A DNA stretch of 64,000 nt from Azolla caroliniana (taxonomy: Eukaryota > Plantae > Polypodiophyta). The stretch covers positions 17,050,001 through 17,114,000 of the forward strand of contig JBHGNT010000002.1 in NCBI GenBank assembly GCA_043228905.1, in the 5' to 3' direction. Positions 25,684 through 37,949 of the stretch are shown here, in pieces. How positions within the stretch are numbered: position 1 is the first letter of the stretch; each line of letters begins with the position of its first letter. A program made the position numbers and the translations under genes. The notes beneath the pieces are model-generated. The model ran no database searches, was not told the origin of the DNA, and was given only the letters and a program-made list of their open reading frames with translations.

Positions 25684-28600
25684 TGTAAAGAATCGATGGT
25701 GATTCTTGTGTAGCGGAATAGATGTGTGTTATGTGCGTATATGTGTGAGAGAAAAAGAGAGGAGAGAAAAGAGAACTCAAGATAGATAAATGAGAGGAAA
25801 ATAGAATACTCAAGAAGAAGGTGTATATTTCACAAGTAGAATAAGAATTACAAAATGTAGCATAACAAGGAGTCAGAACCGACTTAGTATGAAGTGTGAG
25901 GAGGGTGCTTTATATATAGTCACCCTCTCTCTTCATTAACTAACTACAACAACCACTTTCTCTCTTGGGGAATGTGAAGACTCATAGTCATGGGGAATAT
26001 GCAACTCATTAGTTATGTGTCATAGAATATGATTCTATGACACATAGTTAATGTGTAGAGAGTAGTGGTGTCTCTCTTGATCTTTGAGTAATCATAGATT
26101 CTCAAAAGGTTTGTTCACATGTTGCACTATGTTGAGCTTGATTCTCAACACGCCCCCTCAAGCTCAACTCGGGTCGGTTCCTTTTGATTGATGTCCGCTT
26201 CGGTTGGTATCCGGTTCGGACGATCTCCAGTGTTAGTTTCGGCTCGTACCTGGTTCACACGGTATCCGGTTCGATTCCTTTCGATTGATGTCCGCTTTGG
26301 CTAGTATCCGGTTCGGACGATCTCCAGTGTCCGCTTCGGCTCGTACCCAGTTCGGATGGTATCTGGTTCTCGCTTGTACTCCCCCTCAAGCTTGGCAAGT
26401 CAGGGATCGTCAATCCAAGGTCTAACATGAATTGCCAAAGATGTCGACTATCTGAAGATTTGTGTGTTGATGTGTAGAAAATCGACATCTCCAGCCTGAA
26501 CACGCTCTTGAATGAAGTGGTAGTGGACTTCAATATGCTTTGTGCGTGCGTGGAACACTGGGTTCTGAGCCAGATATATATTGCTCATGTTGTCGTAGTA
26601 AACGGGAGTCAGATCCTTGATGGGAACGCACAGATCCTTCAAAATCCTCTTGAGCCATACGGCTTCACATGCAGCTACGACTACCCCCTTGTATTCGGCC
26701 TCCGTACTTGAAAGTGCGACGGTAGGTTGCTTCTTACTACTCCAAGATATTGCTCCGCTACCGAGCGAAGAAAAATCCGGAGGTCGATCGTCGATGAGCT
26801 CTGTAGCTGGCCCAGTCGGCATCCGTGTCCCCTTCGAGTCGAATTGGTGTGGCTGATGTATAGAGGATGTCGTAATCCATTGTGCCGCTCACGTTGTCGT
26901 GAAGAATTTCGGCCAGAGGCGGAAACCGGGAAACATTGGCTACATCGGCGGGGTGCAGTGTGTGTGCTCACCCTTGTACATTTAGTGTGAATAACGAGGG
27001 CGCCTTTATGGCGCCGAAGAGTAGTCAAGTCGGGACAGACGATCCCATGTAAGTCGGGATTTATCCCACATTGTAACGCATCCCTCTCCTTGTTCTATAA
27101 AAGGAAGGGAGCGCCCTTTGTAAAGGGGTTGCCCATTTTGCGTTAGAGGGTATACCGTTAGATTTAGGGTTAGTTACATTTCTTCTTCTTCTTCTTCTTC
27201 TCCCGCCCTCGTGTTCGCTTAGGTTTTGCTTCAGCTCGTCTCCTGCGCAAGACCCCGCTCGACGCGACAAGCCCGTGAGCTCCCTGACCAGCGGCTTGGC
27301 AGCTGACGACTACTGTAACCTACCTTGGTCCGGCTCGAAACCAGGAATGTATTCTTCCTCTTATATATATACATTTGCGTCTGTTTGTGTATATTCGCGT
27401 CTCTGTTGGTGTCGGGTGCTTCCCCTTTCCTGCGTTTCCTGTACATAAGGGCGTGAGCCAAGTCAGCCTGTGTGTGTGTGTGTGCGTGCGTGTGTGCGTG
27501 CGTGTGTGTGTGCCAGTCGGTGTTAAGTGCGCGTCCCCTCTCTTTCTCTCTCTCTCTTCGGTTGCCTCCGGTGTGCTTCTGGGATGCCCCGGAAACGGTG
27601 AAGTACGACTTCCTACGCTTCGTCACTCTCTAGTCCAAGACCCCCGTGGTCCCGCCTTTCTCCATGCACACGCGTAACAACGCGACATATTTGGTGAACC
27701 CGACGTGAAAGGCGGCAAGGGAGGATGAAGTCGGAAGACGACGACCTCATGGTGATGGTGGCCGAAGTGGTGTTGGAGTCGGCACGAGTGGTGATGAGGC
27801 GAGAAGCAGCGCAACAAGCGGTCGAGCAAGTGGTCGAAAGAGTCGGCCGTTTCAACGGGGACAAAGTCCCATCTTACTTGGAAGCCTATAATGCGGAAAT
27901 GGAGGAGCGTGGCGTAGACGAGTCGTTGAGGCTGGAGTTCTTCTGTCGAGTCGTAGCTGTCCGGATGCGTGCGGAAGTAAAGAAGCTCTATGAGGCTCAT
28001 AGTTCGTGGGAGGCCTTCGAAGAGGCGCTCCTGAAGGCATACGGAGGACGGCGGAAGAGCCGGGGACGACACGACTTTGACCAGTGGGTAGCATCGGCAA
28101 AGACCCACCGGGGCGCGACCAAGGCGTTCTGAGAGTTCGAGCGACGGCTTGCTCGGCTCCCGGAGCGGGAACAAGGTTTGGTGGGGGCGGACAAGGTCCT
28201 ATTGTTCATCAGGTCGATCGATCGAGCGGAACGGGAGGCCATCGGGATTGAGCTCGAAGACGATGATGGAGCGAATGGGCTTACGGAGGACTGGTCGAAG
28301 GTCGGAAGGGTGTGCCAACGGCTAGACAACGAGCGAGCCGAGAAGGCTAAGAGGAAGGTATGTGACGATGTGCCATCACAGCGGGAAGAGGCCGAACGGC
28401 AAAGAGAGTCAGCAGGGGTCGGCGTTGGGGCCAGGATTGCGGAGGCGTACACAACTCTCGAGGCAATGCTCGAGGAAGAGGAAAGACCGAGGCCGCAAGC
28501 CGAGACTGAGGAGACGGACTTGCCCCACGCGACGGCGTAAGATCGGTGCGACGGTACCACGGGAGAGGGTGCGGAACAAAACGCCCTCTCGATTTGCGGA

Positions 28601-31600
28601 GATAGAACGGCCAAGGATGAGGCCGAGATACAGATCGCGGAACCGGATAGTTGGGACCAGCGGTTCCGGGCGTGTCAGCCCGAAACCCCGGAAATCGGAG
28701 AAGCAAGCCCAGGCGGGGCTTGCGCGATCAGTAAGAAGACGACCGCCGACCACGAAGAGTCGGTGCCTGCGGACAAGGGCGTAAAACGGACAGGCGATTC
28801 TTTGTGTCTTCCCACACTTGCTCCCGAGATGATGGCAGTCGGGCCCAAGTGCCCACGGGAGTCCCAAGCGGAGGAAGGCGGTGGCGAAAGACCACGAATC
28901 ACCGGTGAGACGATACGGGGAAGGAACGGACGAAAGCCCTCGGACGCGATTCCGGAGAACTCGGCATTCGGGCTCGTATGCGCATGTAAGACCGAGGAGA
29001 TGGATGGCGGTGCCGAGGAGTCCTGGCATGATGCCAACGAAGATGGATGGGAAATGGCTTGTGAGGAGGCCGAGGATGGACGCGGCACGAGGAGATCGGC
29101 ATTCCGATGCGGATGGAGCAGAATCCGGTCGTGGATCATTCGATCGGGGCCGGATTCGGCATGAAAGTGCCGATACGGAAGAGGGTGCGGGACGAGCCGC
29201 CCTCTTTTACATGGGGAGAAAGACCGACCAGGCGAAGGTCGGGAATTGGAAAGGAAGGTGATCAAAGGTTCGGAACGAGTCTGGCAAGATCGGCATCGGA
29301 GCCGAAACTCCGGACATTGGAGAATCAAGCTCAGGCGGGGCTTGATTGATCACAGAGCGGATGCTATCCACCGACACCACTAAAAGGGGCGGTGGCCCGG
29401 ACGAGTTGCAAAAAGACGTTGCGAAATCGGTTACGCCACATCTTATCCGGAGACTTCGGCTGTTCGGCCGACGGGGCAACGTCAGGCCGAAAGAGATGAG
29501 AGATGGAGGCGAGAACGCGAAGAGGAGAGAAAACGACGAGTTCGGGAGAAGTACAAGGGATGAAGAGGGGAATGAAGACCGTCCCTACAGAGATCCTTAC
29601 ACCGATCCGGCTGTCGGCCCAAGTGCCGGCGTGAGTCCTACAGGAGAGATCGGTGGCGACAGGAGAACGGGACCCGACAATACGGAGAAGGACGAACGGA
29701 CCCGGACGAGAACCGGGCGGAGCGGACTCCCGGATGACCATTCCGGGAGGGAGGAAGAGAGCAGGCCTACGGAGAGGCCGAGGAGACGGTACGTCAGTAC
29801 CACGGGAGAGGGTGCGGAACAAAACGCCCTCTCGGCATGCGGAAAAGGACGACCCGGGACAGGGTTAGGAAGACAAATCGGACGCCCAAGGAGGATCCTT
29901 CACACCGGTTCTAGAGACTTCGGCAGTCGGCAACGCGGTCGACGTAAGACCAAGATACTGATGGTGGCGGCGAGGTGACGAAGAAAAAGGGCTATGGATG
30001 GGCGGTCTACGGAGATCCTCACACCAATCCGGCGGTTGGCCCGAGAGCCGGCGTGAGTCCTATAGGAAAGGACGGTGGCGGCAGGGGAACGTGACCAACA
30101 GAAGAGAATGGCGAAGGGAGCGGAGCAGCTGTGACCTTACACGCACCGATTCTGGAGACTCCGGCAGCGAACGATAAGGGGAGGCGTGAGACCTAGAGTA
30201 AGGGACGGTGGGTGCGGCAAGGTGGGCAACCGAAGCCAGAAGGGGAGGTCCCACGAAGATCCTCACACCGATCCGGCTGTCGGCCCGAGTGCCGGCGTGA
30301 GTTCTATAGGAGAGGACGGTGGCGGTAGGAGAACGTGATCGGACGGCAAGAGGCGACGAACGGCAAGGAGGTATGAGGCCGGCGAGGTGGCTACGAACCA
30401 AATCGGACCTTCCGGCAAGGTCAGTGAGCATAAGGTGTGTCGGGCCGGAAAGACACACCTAGGACGGAACAAGAGTCTCGCAAGTGGCCATCGCGGGCCG
30501 GATCGAAGTGTGACTACGGGACAGTGTTCGGCACGGGCGATGCCGAACAAAGGAAGCGGAAGATGGCACAAGGGAGTTGCCGGGAACGAGGTGACAAGTG
30601 CCTAGTGGACTGCACAGGGTCGGAGTCAGGGGATGGCAAGAGAGGCCGGAGGAGGATCCTCCACACTCGCTTCGTAGATCTCGGTAGCTCCGTCGAAGTA
30701 GCGAAGACTGACACGGCAAGCCAGGGTGACAAGCTGGTGGGGCGAGGGGACGACGGCAAGCGGAAGACTCAGGACTTGTTGCAACAGCACGAAGACGGGA
30801 AGGGCCAAGCAGGCTACTACGGGGTGTTCCTCAGATGCGGAGGACACCGGTATGCGGGTGAGCGGCGATGCACGATTTGGCCGGGAAAGGGGCCGACAAG
30901 GCATGCAATGAACCGGAGTACGGCATAGGCAGTGCCAAACAACGGACGAGGGTATGTGGCACGCGGAGGGGCCGGAGCGGAAAGGCGAGCGCGGAGATAG
31001 GTTGCGCGGTTCAGAGGTAGCGCGTAGAAGGTCAGAAAGCATCCTCCACACCGTCCGGAGACCATGGCGGTTCGAGCCGACGCGGCGATGTAAAGAGCAT
31101 GGGGAAGGAAGGTGGTGGCGAGAGGACGAAGGCAACGCGAAGCAACATGGGACGACAATCGGGACAACACGAATGATCAACGGAGGCCAAGCGGGCCACT
31201 ACAGACTTTCCTCAAGCGGAGGACATCGGGCATACGGCGGGGAGCGGGCGTTCATACGGCCGAACAAGGGCCAGCGGAAGTACGCGTACTACGGAGATCG
31301 CGGCAGAGGACCCATCGACGGGTCGAACGAGCCTACGGGGAGGTAAGCGCGAAGGAAGAATCGAAGCCGACGGATCAAGCCGGTAGCGAGCCGGGATGCG
31401 GATCACGGAAGACCGGTTTCTCACGGCTGAAGGGAGTTGTCAGATTTCGACATTTGAAAACCGATTTGATGAAGATATTGCGTAATCTTCGAATGCAAAG
31501 CACGCGGTGCTTGCTTGAGGCCATAGAGTGGCTTCTTGAGTCGGCACACGGCTTTTGGATAAGTACGCGATTCGAAGCCGCGTGGTTGTGCCATGTATAC

Positions 31601-34600
31601 CTCCTCTTCTAATTCGCCTTGAAGAAAGGCGTTCTTTACGTCCATTTGATGGAGGTGCCACCCTTTCACCGCTACGAGTGCAATTACGGTCCGCACAATC
31701 GTCATCTTTGCCACCGGGGCAAATGTCTCCTCGTAGTCGACTCCATGTGTTTGTGCGTATCCTTTTGCTACGAGTCGAGCTTTGTAGCGGTTTACGGAGC
31801 CGTCAGTGTTATACTTCACCTTGTAGATCCATCTGCAACCGATCGCCTTCTTGTGTGGTGAGTGGGGAACGAGATCCCATGTTTCCTTCTTGCAAAGGGC
31901 CCGCATCTCCTCGTTCATTGCTTCGACCCATCCCAGGTCCTTCATGGCTTCGGAAAAGGTTTCAGGCTCCCGTACTATTGCTACCTTCATCATGAAGGTG
32001 TAATGGTACGCCATATAATGGTTGTCGCCGAATTGGCTTACGTGGTTCTTTTCACGCGTGGATCGGCGGAGCTTCTTGTTTGCGGATACTAAGGATTTCT
32101 TCGCTCCATTTGTCCAGATGTCTAGGCCTTCAAACTCACTATTGAGGGAGTGAGTTGATTCGTTGCCGTGGAAGTGATCGTCTTCATACTCTGGCATTTT
32201 CGCCTTCCCTTTGTCCAGCTTCGGAATCGGCCGAGATGTGCTTTGATCGCTTGGAGGCTCTTGTGGCCCACTAAGCCTGTCGTAATCGGGCTTTCTTCGA
32301 ACATGAACGTGAGCCGATCTTTGGCTTCTATCTCTATTTCAGCGGATTCCGGGTCGAGCGGAATCAGAGTCGAAGTTGTCTCTAGTGCGTACCAAGATGT
32401 AGACTCATCGAAAACGACGTCTCGACTTACTCGAGATTTTCGAGTTGAGGGGTTATAACAGTTGTACCCCTTTTGCTCTAGTGAGTATCCTATGAGGATA
32501 CATTTCTCCAACTTCGGGTCAAGCTTTTGTCCCTTTTCGTCGGGGATGTGCACATACACAATGGAGCCGAATATCCGAACATGTGATAGATCCGGCTTCT
32601 TTCGGAAAAACTTCTCGTGCGGCATGAGTTCATGCACAATGGATGTCGTACACCGATTCATGAGATAGACGGCCATGTTAGCTGCTTCCGCCCAATATGA
32701 TTTTGGCATGTGCTTTTCGTTAAGCACAACCCATGCCACTTCGATGATGTGCCGATTCTTGCGTTCGGCTACTCCATTTTGTTGTGGTGTATGTCGACAT
32801 GAAAATTCTTGTCGAATCCCTTCTTTTCGAAGATAGGCCGTAAACTCATCCTAGAAATATTCTCTGCCTCCATCCGATCAAAGGCATCGTACGTGTCGAC
32901 TCGTAACTTTTTCGACTCCACTCTTGAATTTTTGGAAGTTTCCGAACACTTCGTTCTTTTGCCGCATTAGGTAGATCCAAGTGTGCCTAGAGAAGTCATC
33001 GATAAAGGTCACGTAGTATCAGCATCCGCCGAATGTCGCCGTTTGAGCCGGTCCTCATACATCGGAATGAATTACGTCGAGTACGCCTTTGCTTACATTC
33101 CTCTCCTTCGGAAATGGATGCCGATGTTGCTTGCCGAATTGGCAAGCCGCACATACGCATTTAATCTCTCTCTCTTTGAACGTCGGGAGTCCGATAAAGA
33201 CTCCTTTCGATTGCATCGCCTTGAGCTTTTGAAGGTTGATATGGCCAATCCGCTTGTGCCATAACTCTATGTCAGACTCGGCTTTTGTGCCTTTTGTGAA
33301 CATGGTTGATTTCATCTCGTGCGAGTCGAGAATGAACATTCGGCCCTCTCTTCGTCCGTGCGCAATGAGTTGGCCCTCTTTTTCGATGAAGCAACTGCCT
33401 TGATTAAATTGTACTTCCATCCCTTGCTCAACAATTTGGCCGACGGAGACCAAATTCTTCGTAATGGTTGGTACATGCAAGACATTTTTAAAGTAAGTTT
33501 GCTTACCTTCTTTTCCGAACGGAACATTGCCGATGTGCCGAATCGGGTGCGTAGTGTCGTCTCCGGTTTTGACATAGCCAGGTCAGTCTGACGCTTGAAG
33601 TTCTCGGAACCATTCTTGATGCGACATTATATGGTTAGAGGCACCGGAATCGACGAACCATACGTCTTCCGAACCGAGTCACTAGTAGAAGTAGAGGCCG
33701 GCCTAGAATTCACTCTATGTCTCATTACGAATAATCCACCGTAGTTGTCGTACTCGGAGTCGCCGGCGTAATTGCTGAGTTGTCGACTAGTGGAAGCCGA
33801 CTTGCACATCTTCTTTCAACACTCTTCTTCGCGGTGGCCGACTTTGCTACAATATCCGCATTCGATTGAGGTTTGTCGCCTTGAACCGGAATGGTGGCTC
33901 CCCCTTCTTTCGAAGGTTCCTCGATGGCCTCCATCTTGTTGCCGTAATTGAGAGTTGTTTTCGTAAATCGGGCCTCATCCTTGGTCGAATCGGCCTCTTT
34001 TTGCACGATCGCATCCTCTTCCTCCGTCCGAATGCGTGTAGAGCATGTGGCCTTCCAAGGCATTTCTCCTTGTTCGAACATGATTTTCTTCAACCAACAA
34101 CATGGATTGAAGATCGAAGCAGGAGGGCGGATTCTCTTGTGCTAGTATGACAGTCCGCATTGCGTCGAACTGTGGTGCAAGGCCGCCGAGGCATATTTGC
34201 ACCATTTCTTCATCCTCCACATTGACGCTTATTGAGCCGAGTGCAACACAAAGCTCCTTGATCTTCAAGGTGTAGCTTGTGATGGATGTATCCCATTGTT
34301 GGATGTTGTTCAACTCTTGGCGGAGTTGAAGCTTTCTCGCGGTCATGTTGGCGGTGAAAATCTTTCGTATATTCTTCGACGCTTCCTTCGGCGTCTCGGC
34401 TTCTCGAATGTAGCCAAACATGTGGCCATGAACACATGTCGCCAAGCAATACATCACTCGGCTTGCCGTTGGCTTCCATGTTGCGTAGTCGGCGTCTTTC
34501 GGGTCAGGTCGGTTTTCTTGTGTTCCTTTGATGTAACCCCAATAGCCTTGGCCAACAAGGTATTGGTGCATCTTGTACTCCCAAGATGCGAAGTTGTTTC

Positions 34601-34937
34601 GGTCCAACTTCTCGCTAGGGAGAGCGCTCCCCATTTGAGAATTCATTGTCGATTAAGCTTCCTTTCTTCTTTTCCTTCTCTCTCGAACACGAGCTATGTA
34701 GTGGTACTACGATAGCGGTGAGCCGGTTCTTCATGAACGTCGGCGTAGAGCACAACACACGATCACGATGAGGCGAGTGGGTTAGATCGAGCTACCAAAT
34801 CCCTCTGATTCCATGTAAAGAATCGATGATGATTCTTGTGCAACGGAATAGATGTGCGTTATGTGCGTATATGTGTGAGAGAAAAAGAGAGGAGAGAAAA
34901 GAGAACTCAAGATAGATAAATGAGAGGAAAATAGAAT
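25684..34937 (-). mobile_element. Ty1/copia element A: partial 5' LTR 34937-34814, degenerate PBS 34813-34802, gag-pol, PPT, full 3' LTR 26150-25684; interrupted in RT by the gypsy at 26895-31430
   Basis: Matching LTR sequence TGTAAAGAATCGATG... at 25684 and 34814; gag KLDRNNFASWEYKM; RT RYKARLVAKGY; RNase H ISWSSKKQPTVALSSTEAEY, HARTKHIEV; PPT TGAGGGGGCG abutting 26150. Confidence 0.9.
26895..31430 (+). mobile_element. GC-rich gag-only (probably non-autonomous) gypsy-type element, tRNA-Trp primed; LTR 26895-27687, PBS 27692-27709, gag ~27725-28540; no 3' LTR seen
   Basis: TGTCG...CGACA termini; PBS TGGTGAACCCGACGTGAA; gag GRFNGDKVPSYLEAY...GLTEDWSKV is homologous to the gag at 21770 (GLFDGTNISKYV...GITADWNEV); no pol motifs recognised downstream. 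Confidence 0.8.
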
Positions 34938-37365
34938 GTCTTCACGTCGAACTGCTCTACCTCGAGGTCCATGCTTGCCGCTATGCTCAGCACCGTCCGG
35001 ATGGAAGTCGTCTTCACTACCGGGGCAAATATCTCGTCGAAGTCCACGCACTTCTTCTGCTGGAACCCCTTCACCACGATCCTGGCTTTGTACCTTGGAG
35101 GGTTGTCGGCATCTCCCGGTTTCAACTTGTACACCCACTTGTTTTGGAGTGCCCTCTTTCCTTTTGGCAACTCCACCAAGTCATACGTGTGGTTCTCATG
35201 CAAGGAAACCATCTCGTCCTGCATGGCACTCAACCACTTGAGGCTATGGGTGTCATCCTTCGCTTCTTCGAAGCTTTCCGGCTCCCCCTCATCGGTCAAC
35301 AGCACATGCTCTGCATCTGGAAATCTCCGGGGGGGCCTTCTCTCTCTGAGAGGATATCTCCGTCTTTGGCTTTCAGCAACCGGCTCCTCTACTTGTTCTT
35401 CATCCGAATCTGATTCGGGGTCTTGGCTGGTTCCGGTTTCAACTTCGTCTACTTCTTCTTCTGCCGGTTCGGTATCCTCACCGTAACCGGCTGGTTCCTC
35501 GAGTGTCAACCGGCTCTTAGCCGGGTGGGTCCGAATCTCATCGGAGTTCATTATCTTCTTCTCTGACTCCCAGTCGGCAAGAGTCTTGTCCTCCATGAAG
35601 ATAATATCTCGGCTCCGAAAAATCTTCTTGTCAACCGGATCCCACACTCAGTAGCCGAACTCATCATCGCCGTATCCGAGGAATATGCATGGTCGGGTCT
35701 TTGGATCCAACTTTCCTCTCCAGTCCTTAGCAACATGCACGTATGGGAGACACCCAAACACCTTCAAATGCCGGTAGGACACTTCCTTACCGGTCCACAC
35801 CTTTTGCGGCGTGTGTCCATCCAAGGGCACTGAGGGTGATCTGTTTATCACATACGCCGTTGTCGACAGCGCCTTAGCCCAAAACGTCTTGGGTAGTTTA
35901 GCATGTGCTAGCATATACTCCGGACCCTCTCCATTATGGTCCGGTTCATCCTCTCGACTAGCCCGTTTAGTTCCGGCATCTTCGGCACGGTAAATTCGAG
36001 CCGGATTCCCTTCGAGCGGTAGTACTCCTAGAACTGCCCCCGATATTCCCCTCCGTTATCTGCTCGAACCGCCTTCAGCTTCCGTCTGGTTTCTCTTTCC
36101 ACTCTTGCATGGAGCTCCTTGAAGACGGATAACACCTGATCCTTCGTCTTCAACGACACGTTCTTCACCGGAATGAGGTTGTCATCGGCGAGCCTCTTCA
36201 TCCCCTTCACGCTCATGTGACACAGTCTCTTGTGCCACAGCTCATCGGCAGTGTTGGAAGCCACGTTCACTTCTTCCGGGCATAATCGGGCATTCATCAG
36301 GTACAGTGTGTTGACCTTCCAGGCCCGAGCCACTATTAGGCTCCCTTTGCTGAATTTCATGACTCCGTTTTGGATGCTACCCGTGTAGCCCTCATCATCT
36401 AGCTGACCGGCTGATATCAGGTTCAGTCGAACCTCCGGAACGTGTCAGACATCCTTCAACAACAGCTTGCATCCGGTTGGTGTTGTCAACCACACGTCTC
36501 CTGTGCCGATAATTCGGCATGTACCTTCATTCCCCATCCGGACACAGCCGTGATCACCAACTGTGTAGGATGAGAAGCATTTCCGGTCCAGGGTAAGGTG
36601 GAACGACACTCTGGAATCAACAACCCTCGTTGCCGGCAAGGTTCAACTCACTCTCCTCGGTGATGAGCATCAACTCTTCTTCACTTGCCGCGATTGTCGT
36701 CATTCCCTTCCGATTCGGTCCCCTCCGATCTTTACCGTTCCGGTCTGGTGTCCGCTTCGAATCGGTACTGTCGGTTTCCTTGTCTTTTTGGAAGTGCCGA
36801 CAGTTCTTCTGGAAGTGTCCCGGCTTGCCGGAAAAGAAGCAAGTAGGCCTCCCCCTTGACTTTGACTGTGTCCCCGACTTTTTCCGGTTCTGGGGGCTAC
36901 GGTTCCTTTGTCTTCCGCATTCCGATTCGGTAAGGAGCGCTTTGGAGTCGAAGCTCGTATCCTTGTCTTTCCGATGCGCCTCCTCATCTAGCAAGCTCAA
37001 CTTCACTCTTGCTAGGGATAACCGTTTCCCTTCCGGCCCGGCGTTGCCCAAAGTGAAAACCAACGTCTCCCAACTATCTGGGAGGGAACCGAGCAAGAGT
37101 AGTGCTAGTACCTCATCGGCGAGAGGTACTTCCAATGATGTTGCCTGGTGGATCAGCCCCTGGAAGGCATTCATGTGCTCCGCCATGCTGGAGCCATCTT
37201 GGTACCAGAGTCTTACTAGCTTCCGAAATACCGAAACCTGATTAACAACATTTTTGTTCTTAAACATAATGTCGATCTTCTCCCAGAGCTCATGAGCCTT
37301 GCTCTCTTGATTGAAGCACCATATGTACGTCGTTGTCTTCATGTGCATCACCTCCCATATCATGG

Positions 37366-37841
37366 TGTTACCCGTTCCTTTGGGTGAACACCTTCGATAG
37401 ATCTGCGGCTATCGGTATTCAAGGGCGTGGTACGTGAAGGCTCGTAACAGAGGCGTCGTGAGGGAGAAAATGATCAGAGATAAAACACTAGCGAGATCTT
37501 GATAGGCGTGGGCAGCGCTGAAATCATAAGTATGAACCAAAACACAGACACATGGAGCAAAATGGGCACAAATAAGATATATTACTGCGACAGAAAAAGG
37601 ATTATAGAACACGGCCTACGGCCGGTGACCTTACAGGATTATCTAGTTACGATGGACTAAGCTAGTGCTTTCGCCTATATTTTTCTCTCTCTCACTCTGA
37701 GGTATTGGACCTCGTTTAAATAACGTTTCCCCTAATACACAGCTGAGCCGTCGGTGGCTCGTGATACTCCGACTCGGCGCTCGGTTACACTACCGTCGTT
37801 TTCTAATTTCCTAATTTTACATTTCTGTCCTCTGGACAACA
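37366..37841 (-). repeat. 3' LTR of the Athila-like element
   Basis: Colinear with 46993-47468; about 23 substitutions counted by eye (~5%), mostly transitions. Confidence 0.95.
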
Positions 37842-37843
37842 CC

Positions 37844-37860
37844 TGGCACGCCCATGGGAC
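37844..37860 (+). promoter_or_regulatory. Second, inverted tRNA-Arg PBS-like site occupying the PPT position
   Basis: TGGCACGCCCATGGGAC on the + strand, 2 nt from the 3' LTR boundary; no purine tract there on the sense strand. Confidence 0.75.
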
Positions 37861-37949
37861 AGGACCTTGTCCGTCGGACCCACGACTTACAAAATACTAA
37901 CAATATTACAAAAATTGCCTTTTAGGCGTGATCCTCGTTTCATTCCTCT

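Noticed and set aside
27300-27350. Hammerhead ribozyme (CTGACGA...CGAAA) in the gag-only element LTR, i.e. a retrozyme
   Set aside because: The two core motifs are present, but no stem II closes between them and no matching stem III or NUH cleavage site was found
28347-31424. Numerous overlapping 100-220 aa ORFs as real genes
   Set aside because: Expected from high GC content and repeats; no recognisable domains
37844-37860. Reading the element as + strand with this site as its only PBS and an inverted interior
   Set aside because: LTR promoter and polyA-like signals, gag-pol and a correctly placed PBS all agree on the minus strand
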